44,305 bases of DNA from Deltaproteobacteria bacterium. GTDB lineage: Bacteria > Desulfobacterota > DSM-4660 > Desulfatiglandales > B25-G16. Positions 9,247 to 19,391 of the stretch are shown here, piece by piece (the first letter of the stretch is position 1; each line of letters starts with the position of its first letter). The DNA lies in NCBI GenBank assembly GCA_018400255.1, contig JAGYMO010000341.1, forward strand, positions 1 through 44,305, in the 5' to 3' direction. The notes under the pieces were generated by a model that saw only the letters and a list, made by a program, of their open reading frames with translations, made no database searches and was not told where the DNA came from. The position numbers and the translations under genes were made by a program.

Positions 9247-9498
9247 TGTGGTTCCACGGGCTTGCCCAGGCATCTCCACTCGCATAAATCCATTAAGCAT
9301 GCCTTAGCCAACAATAAGTATACTTGACTTTCTGAAATTATCAATAGCTTTAATTAAATCCTATTAATGTTTATCTATGATTTTATTATTCGTAAGGCTT
9401 AATTAGTTATCATTTTTATTCCTATCTTAACCATACACATAAAAACAGGCGGCCGAAAATACTATGCCCGTCACTTTTTCTCCATTAAGAGGAGTAAA

Positions 9499-9537
9499 CA
9501 AAAAGGGCATCTCCCTAAGCTAAAGAGATGCCCTTTT
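9499..9537 (-). terminator. Rho-independent terminator downstream of cspA
   Basis: 11-bp stem aagggcatctc/gagatgccctt (9503-9513 / 9525-9535), followed by a T-run on the minus strand. Located 23 nt after the cspA stop. Confidence 0.75.
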
Positions 9538-9559
9538 CACAGCAGTACTAACAAATAAC

Positions 9560-9760
9560 CTACATTTTTACAACATTTTTGGCCTTTGGTCCTCTATCAC
9601 TGTCTTCTACTTCAAAACTTACTCGATCACCTTCAGAGAGGGTTTTGAATCCGGACATGTTGATCGCAGAATGATGAACGAACAAGTCATTACCATCTTC
9701 CTGCTGGATAAAACCATATCCCTTTTTGTTGCTAAACCACTTTACTGTTCCTTCTGCCAT
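9560..9760 (-). CDS. cspA: Cold-shock protein (CspA family)
   Basis: Contains '[15 protein letters not shown]' (RNP1) and 'DLFVHHSAI' (RNP2). 66 aa. Confidence 0.95.
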   Translation of the reverse strand: MAEGTVKWFSNKKGYGFIQQEDGNDLFVHHSAINMSGFKTLSEGDRVSFEVEDSDRGPKAKNVVKM

Positions 9761-9886
9761 AGTATCGACCTCCTTTCACAAATTTTCCATAATGATACCA
9801 AGCCTAAGGTCGCTACTCTGACAAAGGAAGCGATCCTACACAGCATAGCAGACCCATATATATAGCCTAGGCCATTACCGGGATAG

Positions 9887-9916
9887 AACATAGTGCATAT
9901 TCTGATAAAATGTCAA
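9887..9916 (-). promoter_or_regulatory. Candidate sigma70 promoter of cspA with ~115-120 nt leader
   Basis: On the minus strand: TTGACA (9916-9911), 18-nt spacer, TATGTT (9892-9887). A GGAGG SD lies just before the ATG. Confidence 0.45.
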
Positions 9917-9985
9917 GGAAAAATCTACGTTAAAACTAACAAAATATACCCTTATGCATACTCTCCCGCTGGCTCCCCGTATCTT

Positions 9986-12268
9986 TTAAAAAGAAATAAT
10001 TCCAAGTGCCTTTCTTAGTATAACCAAGGCGTCTCCTAAATTAATAATACCATCAGGATCAGGCCGACCGGTGGAATCAAGAGGGGCAACATCCCCATAG
10101 TGCATATCCTCCTGTGTCGGTGTCTCAAGCCCTACGGCGAAGCGAAGGGCTACCAGGGCATCTCCTACATTTACCTGCCCATCCCTGTTTCCAAGTGGTG
10201 CTAAATCACCGCTTGGATAGAGACCTGCACCGTATACTTTAAGTCCCCATGACTGTAAGGTGCCTGAATAAAACTCACTGCCTACATCTTTTACATTGAT
10301 CGTCCAATCACCTCTCGAGTATTCCCCGTAATGGCGCACACTACCAAATCTCCAGTTTTCATATGTATCCGAGTGATTAGAGTTATGTTTTTTTGCAAGT
10401 ATACTTATAGTGCCAGCAGGTGATATAAGGCTAATTTCCAAATCTCCCCAGGAGTTATGGTCCGGCGCTGAAAAATAGATATCTACAAACTCCACTTTCA
10501 AATCATCTTCGATAAAGATAGTGGACGATACACCTGTTGCATCGTTGTTAGGTATCTCAATGTTAGGACTGCGGCTGCTTTCAACTGTTTTCTCAGGAGG
10601 TGCGGAATTCCAAAAAACAGCAGCCTCTATCGCTGCTTTTGCATCAACACGGCCAAAGCCATATTTGTGGTTAATATGATGGCCTGCGCCGTTCATAATC
10701 CAATCATCATCATAAGGATCATTTTTCTCTGCAGTCTCAATAATGATATGTTGTATGTCTCTCCATGTCAATTCAGGGTTCGCCTGCAGCATAAGCGCAA
10801 TGACCCCTGCCAGCAACGGAGCGGATGCCGAGGTTCCACCAAACGTGGATGTATAATTTCCATGATCATCCCCTGGAAACCCTGTAAGATCAGTTGTTGT
10901 CAAACCAAAAGTAAGCGTACCTGCAGGTGCATTTACCATAATATTAGCACCTTCCTCAGAATATATAGCCTTGTCTCCATTTTCAGTTGATGCTGCCGCA
11001 GCAATAGCATATCGAGAGTTTGCATAACCGTCATAATTTGAATTGTCACCAAATTGACCACCGTTTCCTCCAGCCCATATATAAATATTGCCAAGTCCCT
11101 GACGTCCATGTTTCACACAATTTTCAATTGCATCTTCCAATAACTCCCCTGGTCCGTCAAGTACAGGAGACTCAAATATGTAAGAAGGATCTAAAGGACC
11201 CCAACTATTGCTATATATGTCGACTAACTGTGAATTCCTTGAAAGTGACAAAGATTCATAGACATCTGACAGTCCATCTGGAATCCGGTAACCAACTAAA
11301 CCTGCATACGGAGCTGCCCCGCATACACCTAAGTCATTAAATCCTCTGCCTGCAGCGAGACCTGCACAGGAAGTTCCATGATAGTCACTACTCGACACCG
11401 GCGTTGGGTCAGCATCTTCCTCGACATAATCCCAGCATTTATCAGCCAAAACATTCACATACAGGTCCTCATGATCTATTTCCATGCCATCATAATCTAC
11501 AATAGCAATAACCTCATTTTCAGACCCTCTGTAGTTATCCCACACAGATACAATATTTATATCTTCTCCATATGCCCCGTTACCCTGCCCAGTATTTTTT
11601 AAATGCCATTGATCCGGAAAAAGCGGGTCATTAGGTATTGCCCGTTTTCTAGCTTCTCGTATCCAGTGGGGGTATGCATAATTGACAAGACCAGATTCAA
11701 CCAGAATTGAGGCAATATCCAGGGAGTTTAATGGACTATCTGTTGTATACAAAAATGTGTTTTTGGCAAAACCAAACTGTTTTAACCTCTCTAATCCATA
11801 TTCTTTCTCTATCTCTTCGATCTTTCCTCCAGTAAAGAATTGGGGGTACTGTACTATGATCTCATTCACCAGCACCATTTTTCCACCCTCCCATTTCTCC
11901 TTACTCTTATAAAAGACTGGATGCAGTAAACCCTGAGGGGAAACAGCGCGCATCTCTTTTTTTATATCACACATTTTAAAAAACTTAAGATGAGCTATAT
12001 AATTACGTTTTTCAGTTACAACAGCATCAGGATAAAGGTCCTGGACCAAAGACAGCCTGTCTTCTCCCTCATCGGTCTTTCCCAAAACTAGGGCCATTTC
12101 ATCTGTGGCCATCCAAACTCTTTTTTTAATTCCTCTATCATACCAGTATAGAGAATTTTGACTAAATCCGGTGTCAGCCGATCCAGGCTCAACTTCACAA
12201 GGTAATTCCATGTTGCCGTAAAACATTACAAATAATACAACAACTATAAAAAAGGGCACTTGTCTCAT
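9986..12268 (-). CDS. Secreted subtilase, kexin/furin-like (S8B) with P-domain and C-terminal dockerin-like repeats
   Basis: Signal peptide 'MRQVPFFIVVVLFVMF'. Triad contexts 'AIVDYDG', 'HGTSCAG', 'GGTSASAP', and oxyanion 'AGGNGG'. P-domain 'WGDLEISLISPAGT...GDWTINVKD...LQSWGLKVYG'. C-terminal duplicated 'GD.AP...DG.(I/V)N.GDALV.LR'. Confidence 0.85.
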   Translation of the reverse strand: MRQVPFFIVVVLFVMFYGNMELPCEVEPGSADTGFSQNSLYWYDRGIKKRVWMATDEMALVLGKTDEGEDRLSLVQDLYPDAVVTEKRNYIAHLKFFKMCDIKKEMRAVSPQGLLHPVFYKSKEKWEGGKMVLVNEIIVQYPQFFTGGKIEEIEKEYGLERLKQFGFAKNTFLYTTDSPLNSLDIASILVESGLVNYAYPHWIREARKRAIPNDPLFPDQWHLKNTGQGNGAYGEDINIVSVWDNYRGSENEVIAIVDYDGMEIDHEDLYVNVLADKCWDYVEEDADPTPVSSSDYHGTSCAGLAAGRGFNDLGVCGAAPYAGLVGYRIPDGLSDVYESLSLSRNSQLVDIYSNSWGPLDPSYIFESPVLDGPGELLEDAIENCVKHGRQGLGNIYIWAGGNGGQFGDNSNYDGYANSRYAIAAAASTENGDKAIYSEEGANIMVNAPAGTLTFGLTTTDLTGFPGDDHGNYTSTFGGTSASAPLLAGVIALMLQANPELTWRDIQHIIIETAEKNDPYDDDWIMNGAGHHINHKYGFGRVDAKAAIEAAVFWNSAPPEKTVESSRSPNIEIPNNDATGVSSTIFIEDDLKVEFVDIYFSAPDHNSWGDLEISLISPAGTISILAKKHNSNHSDTYENWRFGSVRHYGEYSRGDWTINVKDVGSEFYSGTLQSWGLKVYGAGLYPSGDLAPLGNRDGQVNVGDALVALRFAVGLETPTQEDMHYGDVAPLDSTGRPDPDGIINLGDALVILRKALGIISF

Positions 12269-12292
12269 CTTACCTCTTAAACATAATCTTTA

Positions 12293-12322
12293 ATTATACC
12301 TATCATGCTAATCCATTTACAA
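12293..12322 (-). promoter_or_regulatory. Candidate sigma70 promoter of the S8 protease gene
   Basis: On the minus strand: TTGTAA (12322-12317), 18-nt spacer, perfect TATAAT (12298-12293). An 'aagaggtaag' SD precedes the ATG at 12268. Confidence 0.5.
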
Positions 12323-12532
12323 ACTCACGCCGAAGGAAAACAGTGGTAAAGAATAAAATTGGCCTGACCTTATTAGCTGCCAATGGGGTTCGGAATCTAA
12401 GATGCAGGGCGCTGCTTCTCTATAAAATTACCGATACAGGCCGCTAGTCATGACATTAACCACTACAGTATCCAGGAAAAGCGAATTACCGTAAATTAAA
12501 CTATTAGTTAAACAAAAATCTCTGTTTCATTG

Positions 12533-14116
12533 TTAAACTTTAGACTTTGATGTGTTAGACGGGAACTTAAACACCTCTCTTATAGACAATACTTCTTCAC
12601 TACCTAGTAGTTTTGCCGAGACAAAATATATAGCAACACCAGAGGATATAGTGATCGATAGGCCTATTATTAACGTCAGCGTGCTTTGGACAATATAATT
12701 CCCCAAAACTTCTGAATAGATAAGATATATAAAAACACCCATAACCATAGATGATATAAATGATCTTGCCATGGAACGTAAAATTACCATCCCTTTAATT
12801 CCATTTAATCTATTATGCAACAAAAAAATAAGCATTAACAACTGGAGAGTTGATGCAAGAGAAAGAGCCAGGGCAAGCCCACCGTGTTTTAGAGGACCCA
12901 TGAGTATAAGAGAAAAGATAACATTAAAAATCATCGCAATTGCAGCTACCTTTGCTGGTATTTTTGTATTCTGCAGCGAATAAAAGGCGGATACAAAAAT
13001 TCTAAGCCCCGCGAATGAACACAATCCCAAGGAGTAATAAGCAAGAGCCTTGGCAGTCATAAGGGTGCTGAAAGAACTAAATGCCCCTCTTTCAAATAAC
13101 AACTTGACTATAGGCTCTCTTAGAACAATCAGGCCTACCATTGAAGGAATTGTTATAAACATAGTAAGTCTCATAGCATGCGATAATGTGTCTTTTAACA
13201 TATCAATTTCACCTTTTGATGCCTCTCTTGATAAGGAAGGTAAGACAGCGGTGCTGATTGCTATGGCAAAAACCCCCAAGGGAAACTGAACAAGTCTGTC
13301 AGCGTAATAAAGGTAGGAGATACTTCCCTCCCGTAAAAAAGATGCTAATAACGTTCCAATTAACTGATTAATTTGATAAATTGCCGAGCCAAATATTGTT
13401 GGAACCATAAGCACTAATATTTTTTTCAGTGCTGGATGTCTTATGTTCCATTTTGGAGCAAATGACATGCCTTTATTTACTAAAAAGGGGATCTGCAAGG
13501 CCAACTGAAGAAATCCTCCGCCTATAACACCAATAGCCAAACCTGCTGATGGGATCTTCATATGTGGTGCTAAAAAAATAAGCGCTGCGATCATAGAAAG
13601 ATTTAAAAAAATAGGAGCAGCTGCAGGTGCTGAAAAATGTTTGAGGGAATTCAAGACGCCACTGAAAAAAGATAAAAGACTAACGAGAAATATATAAGGA
13701 AACATTATTCTGGTCAAAAAAACAGCGAGGTAATACTTTTCACCTAAACCACCAAAACCAGGTGCAATAATTCGTATAAGAAATGGGGAAAAAACAATGC
13801 CAATAATTGTGAAAGATGTTAGGATTATAGTCATGACAGTTAAAACAATTTGCGCAAGATAGATAGCTTCATGTTTAGATTTTCTTTGAAGGTACTCGGT
13901 GAAAACAGGTATGAATGATACTGAAAACGATCCTTCGGCAAACAATCTTCTGAAAAGATTTGGTATACGAAAGGCAACAAAAAATGCGTCCGCAACCAAA
14001 CCCGAGCCGAAAAAATTTGCTATAAGAATATCTCTTGCTAAGCCCATAACCCTGCTAAGAAAAGTGAAGATACCAACTACCCCGGCAGCTTTAGTAACAA
14101 GTTCATTCTCTTTCAT
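12533..14116 (-). CDS. murJ: Lipid II flippase MurJ (MviN)
   Basis: Polytopic. Contains 'SRVMGLARDILIANFFG', 'ADAFFVAFRIPNLFRRLFAEG' and 'YYADRLVQFPLGVF'. I chose the ATG at 14116; a TTG at 14134 would overlap the rpsT promoter. Confidence 0.92.
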   Translation of the reverse strand: MKENELVTKAAGVVGIFTFLSRVMGLARDILIANFFGSGLVADAFFVAFRIPNLFRRLFAEGSFSVSFIPVFTEYLQRKSKHEAIYLAQIVLTVMTIILTSFTIIGIVFSPFLIRIIAPGFGGLGEKYYLAVFLTRIMFPYIFLVSLLSFFSGVLNSLKHFSAPAAAPIFLNLSMIAALIFLAPHMKIPSAGLAIGVIGGGFLQLALQIPFLVNKGMSFAPKWNIRHPALKKILVLMVPTIFGSAIYQINQLIGTLLASFLREGSISYLYYADRLVQFPLGVFAIAISTAVLPSLSREASKGEIDMLKDTLSHAMRLTMFITIPSMVGLIVLREPIVKLLFERGAFSSFSTLMTAKALAYYSLGLCSFAGLRIFVSAFYSLQNTKIPAKVAAIAMIFNVIFSLILMGPLKHGGLALALSLASTLQLLMLIFLLHNRLNGIKGMVILRSMARSFISSMVMGVFIYLIYSEVLGNYIVQSTLTLIIGLSITISSGVAIYFVSAKLLGSEEVLSIREVFKFPSNTSKSKV

Positions 14117-14125
14117 AAAAAAACC

Positions 14126-14154
14126 TTGACACAATTGTTGTATTAGTTTAATGT
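14126..14154 (+). promoter_or_regulatory. Candidate sigma70 promoter of rpsT
   Basis: TTGACA (14126-14131), 17-nt spacer, TAATGT (14149-14154). AGGAGG lies at 14175-14180, 7 nt before the TTG start. Confidence 0.5.
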
Positions 14155-14187
14155 CTCACGGATATTCAGAATTTAGGAGGTAAAAAT

Positions 14188-14499
14188 TTGGCAAATCATA
14201 AATCAGCCATTAAAAGGGACAGGCAAAATAAGGCAAAGAGGTCAATTAATATTGCCTATAAGACTAAGGCTAAAAATGCCGTAAAAAAAGTCAGGCTTGC
14301 TATAGCAGATAATAAAATAGAAGATGCACACCTGTTCCTTAATGAAGCTACTTCTATTCTTCATAAAATTAAATCTAAAGGAATAATACACAGGAATACT
14401 GCAAACAGAAAAATATCTAGGTTAGCAGTGCATTTAAATAAGGCAGCTACTACAGCTTCTCGGGAAAACAAAGACGAAATATCAAGTTCTCCAAAATAA
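14188..14499 (+). CDS. rpsT: 30S ribosomal protein S20
   Basis: Contains 'ANHKSAIKRDRQNKAKR'. TTG start with a strong SD. About 15 aa of C-terminal extension overlaps the holA 3' end. Confidence 0.9.
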   Translation: MANHKSAIKRDRQNKAKRSINIAYKTKAKNAVKKVRLAIADNKIEDAHLFLNEATSILHKIKSKGIIHRNTANRKISRLAVHLNKAATTASRENKDEISSSPK

Positions 14500-15469
14500 T
14501 ATCTCCTTTTGAGCCACTTTTGATTAATTCGTCCGCCTTGTAAATATGGCCCAATGACGCATAAAGCTCATTCTCTTGCCATAATTTTCCCTGTGAGATA
14601 CATTTTTTTATTACAAAGTCAGGTAAATGTCTCAATTCTTGGGCCATATTTTCCTTATCCCTACCCAGCCCTGTCAAAGGTTTAGCTGCCAAAATCAGCC
14701 TAATCTGTCGTGCTAGCATGTGCAAAAGGCCTAACAATTTGCTAGTATCTCTTCCTTGTGTATCAAAAAACCTGTTTAAGGCCTCAGAAGAGTGAGATGC
14801 ATCCCTTTCAAATAAATAATCTATTAATTCAAAAATAGTAAAAAGTTTGCTAAAAATAGCCAATTCTTTGATCTCTTCAATGCCAATATTTCGCTTTGGA
14901 TACCTTATTGATAATTTTACTATCTCATTATAAATATCTCTCAAATTATTACCAATCGTTTGATAAAGAAAAGCGGGCACATCTTTTTCCAGAATCAGCC
15001 CTTCATCTTTTGCACGCTTTCGTATCCAGACATATAGTTGCTGCTCTGTTAATTTCTTAAAATTTACTGCCCTTTCAAGCCCTTTAAGCTTTTTAAAAAA
15101 TTTACTTCTCAAATCCATCTTTTCCGATAGCCATATGATGCAAGTTGAATCTACTGGATTATCAAGATAATCTGAGAATATACCCAAGTCAGCTTGACTA
15201 AATTTTTCAGTATCTCTAACAATTATAAGTCTATGGGAGGACATAAAAGGAATTGACCTTGCCCTGCTGAGTAATTCATAGGCTGAAACCTCTCCGCCGT
15301 AAAAGGTCTCTAAATTAAAATCTCTCGCTGATGTGGAAATAAGACCATCTTTTATCTTTTCAAGGGTTACCTCGATCCAAAATTCTTCGGAACCATAAAA
15401 TAGATAGAATGGTGCAATGGACTTATTTCTTAAAGAGTCTATAACGCTGTCGGGCGATAAATCCTGCAT
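14450..15469 (-). CDS. holA: DNA polymerase III subunit delta
   Basis: 339 aa. N-terminal 'PFYLFYGSEEFWIE'. Conserved leuS-lptE-holA order. Confidence 0.78.
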   Translation of the reverse strand: MQDLSPDSVIDSLRNKSIAPFYLFYGSEEFWIEVTLEKIKDGLISTSARDFNLETFYGGEVSAYELLSRARSIPFMSSHRLIIVRDTEKFSQADLGIFSDYLDNPVDSTCIIWLSEKMDLRSKFFKKLKGLERAVNFKKLTEQQLYVWIRKRAKDEGLILEKDVPAFLYQTIGNNLRDIYNEIVKLSIRYPKRNIGIEEIKELAIFSKLFTIFELIDYLFERDASHSSEALNRFFDTQGRDTSKLLGLLHMLARQIRLILAAKPLTGLGRDKENMAQELRHLPDFVIKKCISQGKLWQENELYASLGHIYKADELIKSGSKGDIILENLIFRLCFPEKL

Positions 15470-16053
15470 CAGAACCTCTCCATAGTGTTTGAATAGATTC
15501 TTTTTGCTAAGCTGCTAGCTATTGATGTGAATGCCTGACGCTGATTGTGAAGTGTGCTGAGAGGATCTGTTCCAGCCTGAAAACGTGCCTTTTCAGTAAG
15601 TTTTAAATCCTCCCATATTATTTTCTCCGTCCTCGCATCTTCTAATTTCACGTCTATCGTTACCTTTAGTTCTCTCACGTTTGTAACTTTTTCTGTAGAA
15701 TTATAGCCGTGTATGCTCTGCCTTAACACAGAATAGGATAATGGGGCTGTTTTTATGGAATATATTTGGCAGTATAAAATACCCTGAGCCTCGTCTTTTC
15801 CAACAATCTTTACCTTGGAATGCGCAATGAACTCGTTTCGAACTATCCTTGTCAAATCACCTTCCACCCCCATAAAAGAAGATGGGCTGGAAAGAATGGG
15901 GATGGCTATTGATTTGAGTTTCTTTCCTATTGAGCCATCAGCAGCCCTAAAGTGATAGCCGCAGCTAAAAACGGCAGCCAATAAGATCCATAAAAATATG
16001 TAGTTAATAGTTTTACAGGCCTTTGACTTTTTTCTTTGAGTTAAATGGCTCAT
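15469..16053 (-). CDS. lptE: LPS-assembly lipoprotein LptE
   Basis: Lipobox-like 'AAVFSCGYHFR', ~190 aa, positioned between leuS and holA. Confidence 0.72.
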   Translation of the reverse strand: MSHLTQRKKSKACKTINYIFLWILLAAVFSCGYHFRAADGSIGKKLKSIAIPILSSPSSFMGVEGDLTRIVRNEFIAHSKVKIVGKDEAQGILYCQIYSIKTAPLSYSVLRQSIHGYNSTEKVTNVRELKVTIDVKLEDARTEKIIWEDLKLTEKARFQAGTDPLSTLHNQRQAFTSIASSLAKRIYSNTMERF

Positions 16054-16219
16054 ATACGCAGCAAAGTCCAGAATAATTCAAAAGCTTTTAAATTTACAAA
16101 TCACTGATTCGGGTTATATTAAAGGCTACAATAATTATTTTAATTTTTATACTTCCAAAAATAAGGGGTATGCTATTTTAAAGAGAGGAATCAGATGTCA
16201 GTGAGATAGGCTATATAAG

Positions 16220-18799
16220 CTATATAACTATGTTTACCAGTTTATCCGGAACAACTATAACCTTTTTAATTGCTTTTTCTTCGATAAATTTTCGCGTCCT
16301 TTCATCTGATAATGCCATATTTTCCATTTCTGTTTTATTTAATGAAACCGGGGCATCCATCCTGCTTCTTACCTTTCCATTTACCTGTATAACAATTACA
16401 CAGGTTTCCTTTTCAAGAAACTCTTCTCTATGCTGAGGCCATGAAAATTCAACTAAGCTGCTTTTATACCCTAACTCTCTCCATAATTCCTCTGAGATAT
16501 GCGGCACAACAGGGTTTAAAAGGACAATCATGTTTTCTACAGCCTCTTTGACGACAGACCAGTCGGATTCATTTAATTCTTTCTCACTGTTAATTAGCTG
16601 ACTTATCTTATTAAATAATTCCATGATTGCGCTAATAGCTGTATTAAAATGAAATCTCTCTTCGATATCCTCAGTCACCTTCTTTATAGTGAGATGTATC
16701 TTTCGATACATATCTTTTAAGTAGGGTGGAAGAGATGAAAAATTCTCGCAACGATTGCTATTTTTTATGTTATCGCTGTTTTCAGTCACTATACGCCATA
16801 CCCTGTTAAGAAATCTCCAGGAGCCTTCCACACCTTCATCATTCCATTCAAGGTCCCTTTCTGGTGGAGATGCAAATAAGCAAAACATCCTGACTGTGTC
16901 TGCACCATATTTTTCAATTAATTTTTGGGGGTCTAATACATTCTTGGTAGATTTAGACATCTTTATTGAAGGCCCAACTTCAACCTCAGCTCCGCAATAA
17001 ATACATTTCCCATCTTTTACCTGTTCTGGAAAGAGGTAACCATGTTTTTCACATTTCAATGTCTCTTTGCAGACCATTCCCTGTGTTAAAAGATTAGTAA
17101 AAGGCTCATCGATTTCTAGATAACCCAAATCCCTGAGTACCCTTGTATAAAATCTAGAATAAAGCAAGTGCAATATAGCATGTTCGATTCCACCTATGTA
17201 TTGATCTACAGGCATCCAGTATAAAACCTTTTCTTTATCAAAAGGGCCGCTATCATATCTAGGAGATGTAAATCGGTCAAAATACCAGGATGACTCAACA
17301 AAAGTATCCATTGTATCTGTCTCTCTTCTTGCTTTTTGACCGCATTTTGGGCATGGTGTCTCATAAAAAGAGGCTTCATAAGATAATGGAGATTTTCCCC
17401 CCTCTTTAAGGTCTAAGTCAAGAGGAAGGACTACGGGCAATTGATCTTCCGGGACCGGCACTACCCCGCATCTCTCACAATAAACAACTGGTATAGGTGC
17501 GCCCCAATATCTTTGTCTACTTATTCCCCAATCCTTTAGCCGATAGTTTGTTGTTCTATATCCCATACCCTTGTCCTCAAGGTAATCTCCTATTTTTTCA
17601 AGGGCATCCCTGTTTTTTATACCATTAAATTGGTCTGAATTTACTAATATTCCTTCACCTACATAGGCCTCTTCCATTTGATCCTCAACTATTTCACTAT
17701 CTTCCGGCTTTATTACTAACCTTAATGGCAAATCATACTTTTTTGCAAATTCAAAATCCCTTTGATCGTGTGTAGGTACTGCCATAATTGCACCAGTACC
17801 GTATTCATATAAGACAAAATTGGCAATATATATGGGTATTTTTTCATTAGTCACCGGATTTAAACAGTACCTGCCAGTGAATAGCCCCTCCTTAGCGGTA
17901 AAATCAGCCGTTCTCATAAAAGTATCAATCTTAAGGGTTTTTTCAATAAAGGCATCAACCTTATCTTGCTGGTCTGTCCCCCTTGTCATCTTTTTCACCA
18001 TAGGATGCTCTGGGGCAAAACATAAAAAGGTTGCACCAAATAAGGTATCCTGCCTTGTTGTAAAAACCTCTACGGTATAGTCATAATCAATTACAGGAAA
18101 TTTTATTATTGCACCTTGGCTTTTACCTATCCAATTTTTTTGCATCGTCAAAACTTTATCAGGCCAGCCTGGGAGATTATCGCAATAATCAAGCAATTCT
18201 TTTGTATACTCTGTGGTTTTCAGAAACCAGCTGTCCATCTCTTTTAATTCAACCTTCTGATCTGTATGTCTCCAACAGCATCCATCGACAACCTGCTCGT
18301 TGGCCAATACGGTCTGGCATTTATCACACCAATTTACAAAGGTCTTTTTCCTATATGCTAGACCCCTTTCAAACATCTTGAGGAAAACAAGTTGCTCCCA
18401 CTTATAATAGTCCTCCTTGCAGGTTGCCAGCTCCCTGCCCCAATCATAGCTAAACCCCATGCTTTTCAATTGAGACCTCATGTAGTCTATGTTATCGTAA
18501 GTCCATGTAGCAGGATGGGTGTTATTCTCGATAGCGGCATTTTCCGCCGGCATACCAAATGCATCCCATCCCATTGGATGAAGCACATTAAATCCCTTCA
18601 TTCTTTTATATCTAGCAACTACATCTCCAATGGCATAATTTCTTACATGACCCATATGGATTTTTCCTGAGGGATAAGGATACATTTCAAGCAAATAGTA
18701 TTTCTCCTTATTTTTATCTTCAGTTGCCTTAAAACAATCATTCTTATCCCAATAAGTCTGCCATCTCGATTCTATCATGTGAGGATTATATTTTTTCAT
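16220..18799 (-). CDS. leuS: Leucine--tRNA ligase
   Basis: Contains '[14 protein letters not shown]' (HIGH), 'KMSKSTKN' (KMSKS) and a CP1 editing region. ATG at 18799 is preceded by a purine-rich SD; the ORF extends to a TTG at 18826. Confidence 0.95.
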   Translation of the reverse strand: MKKYNPHMIESRWQTYWDKNDCFKATEDKNKEKYYLLEMYPYPSGKIHMGHVRNYAIGDVVARYKRMKGFNVLHPMGWDAFGMPAENAAIENNTHPATWTYDNIDYMRSQLKSMGFSYDWGRELATCKEDYYKWEQLVFLKMFERGLAYRKKTFVNWCDKCQTVLANEQVVDGCCWRHTDQKVELKEMDSWFLKTTEYTKELLDYCDNLPGWPDKVLTMQKNWIGKSQGAIIKFPVIDYDYTVEVFTTRQDTLFGATFLCFAPEHPMVKKMTRGTDQQDKVDAFIEKTLKIDTFMRTADFTAKEGLFTGRYCLNPVTNEKIPIYIANFVLYEYGTGAIMAVPTHDQRDFEFAKKYDLPLRLVIKPEDSEIVEDQMEEAYVGEGILVNSDQFNGIKNRDALEKIGDYLEDKGMGYRTTNYRLKDWGISRQRYWGAPIPVVYCERCGVVPVPEDQLPVVLPLDLDLKEGGKSPLSYEASFYETPCPKCGQKARRETDTMDTFVESSWYFDRFTSPRYDSGPFDKEKVLYWMPVDQYIGGIEHAILHLLYSRFYTRVLRDLGYLEIDEPFTNLLTQGMVCKETLKCEKHGYLFPEQVKDGKCIYCGAEVEVGPSIKMSKSTKNVLDPQKLIEKYGADTVRMFCLFASPPERDLEWNDEGVEGSWRFLNRVWRIVTENSDNIKNSNRCENFSSLPPYLKDMYRKIHLTIKKVTEDIEERFHFNTAISAIMELFNKISQLINSEKELNESDWSVVKEAVENMIVLLNPVVPHISEELWRELGYKSSLVEFSWPQHREEFLEKETCVIVIQVNGKVRSRMDAPVSLNKTEMENMALSDERTRKFIEEKAIKKVIVVPDKLVNIVI

Positions 18800-18818
18800 C
18801 TCTTTCTCTTTAATGTTA

Positions 18819-19391
18819 TTAGTCAACTTCGATCAAAATCGAATAATCAAAGGTAGGATTAAAATAGGGCCTTACTTCCTTCTCCAAGTTTTTTAAATCA
18901 TTTTTATATTGTTCTTCAATGAGAAAAACAACTTTAAATTCACCTTTTTCTTTTTCATTACAGTAATTGATGAAACTAACTATTAAAGATTTTATCAAAT
19001 CGATATAAATACCTTTCACTATATTTTCACTGGATATAAGTATCAATAAGTCATATAAATACAATTTTTCAAGGGTTGATAATGCCTTCTTTATGGCTAT
19101 ATTTATCACATCCTGCGAATAAGTGTTAATCGACCCTAATCCAAAAAACAATATTTTTTCGGCATTAATCTTTTCTTGAGGTGCGATTAAAAAAACCTCT
19201 TGCTTTTTTCCGGTAAGAAGTTGGTTCTCCCGTAAATACTTCAAATGGTTTTCTAATCTGTCATTTAGCTGTTGAAGGTGGCCACTTGAAAAGGCTTCAT
19301 TCTCAAATAAAAAACCAACTACTGCGTGGTTGTGTAGTTGATTTAAACCCTTACAGGTTAACAATAAATCCACTTTCATTTTATACTGCAT
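18819..19391 (-). CDS. Hypothetical protein resembling the N-terminal (non-catalytic) domain of M17 leucyl aminopeptidases
   Basis: Contains '[11 protein letters not shown]...[13 protein letters not shown]...KILFFGLGS', which parallels the PepA N-domain 'ACIVVGVFE...L.GK.GQ.LLL...RILLIGCGK'. No catalytic domain. An alternative ATG lies at 19379. Packed tightly between the nusB stop and the leuS start. Confidence 0.5.
   Translation of the reverse strand: MQYKMKVDLLLTCKGLNQLHNHAVVGFLFENEAFSSGHLQQLNDRLENHLKYLRENQLLTGKKQEVFLIAPQEKINAEKILFFGLGSINTYSQDVINIAIKKALSTLEKLYLYDLLILISSENIVKGIYIDLIKSLIVSFINYCNEKEKGEFKVVFLIEEQYKNDLKNLEKEVRPYFNPTFDYSILIEVD

Noticed and set aside
9162-9344. 60-aa minus-strand ORF ('...IHPRLKPWLSAVGI...').
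   Set aside because: It is a translation of the family 2 palindromic repeat. There is no SD, and the same nucleotides recur at 44261-44305 outside any such ORF.
12387-12397. T-loop-like 'ggttcggaatc' suggesting a tRNA or tRNA-Sec in the murJ/S8 spacer.
   Set aside because: I could not build an acceptor, D or anticodon stem around it on either strand.
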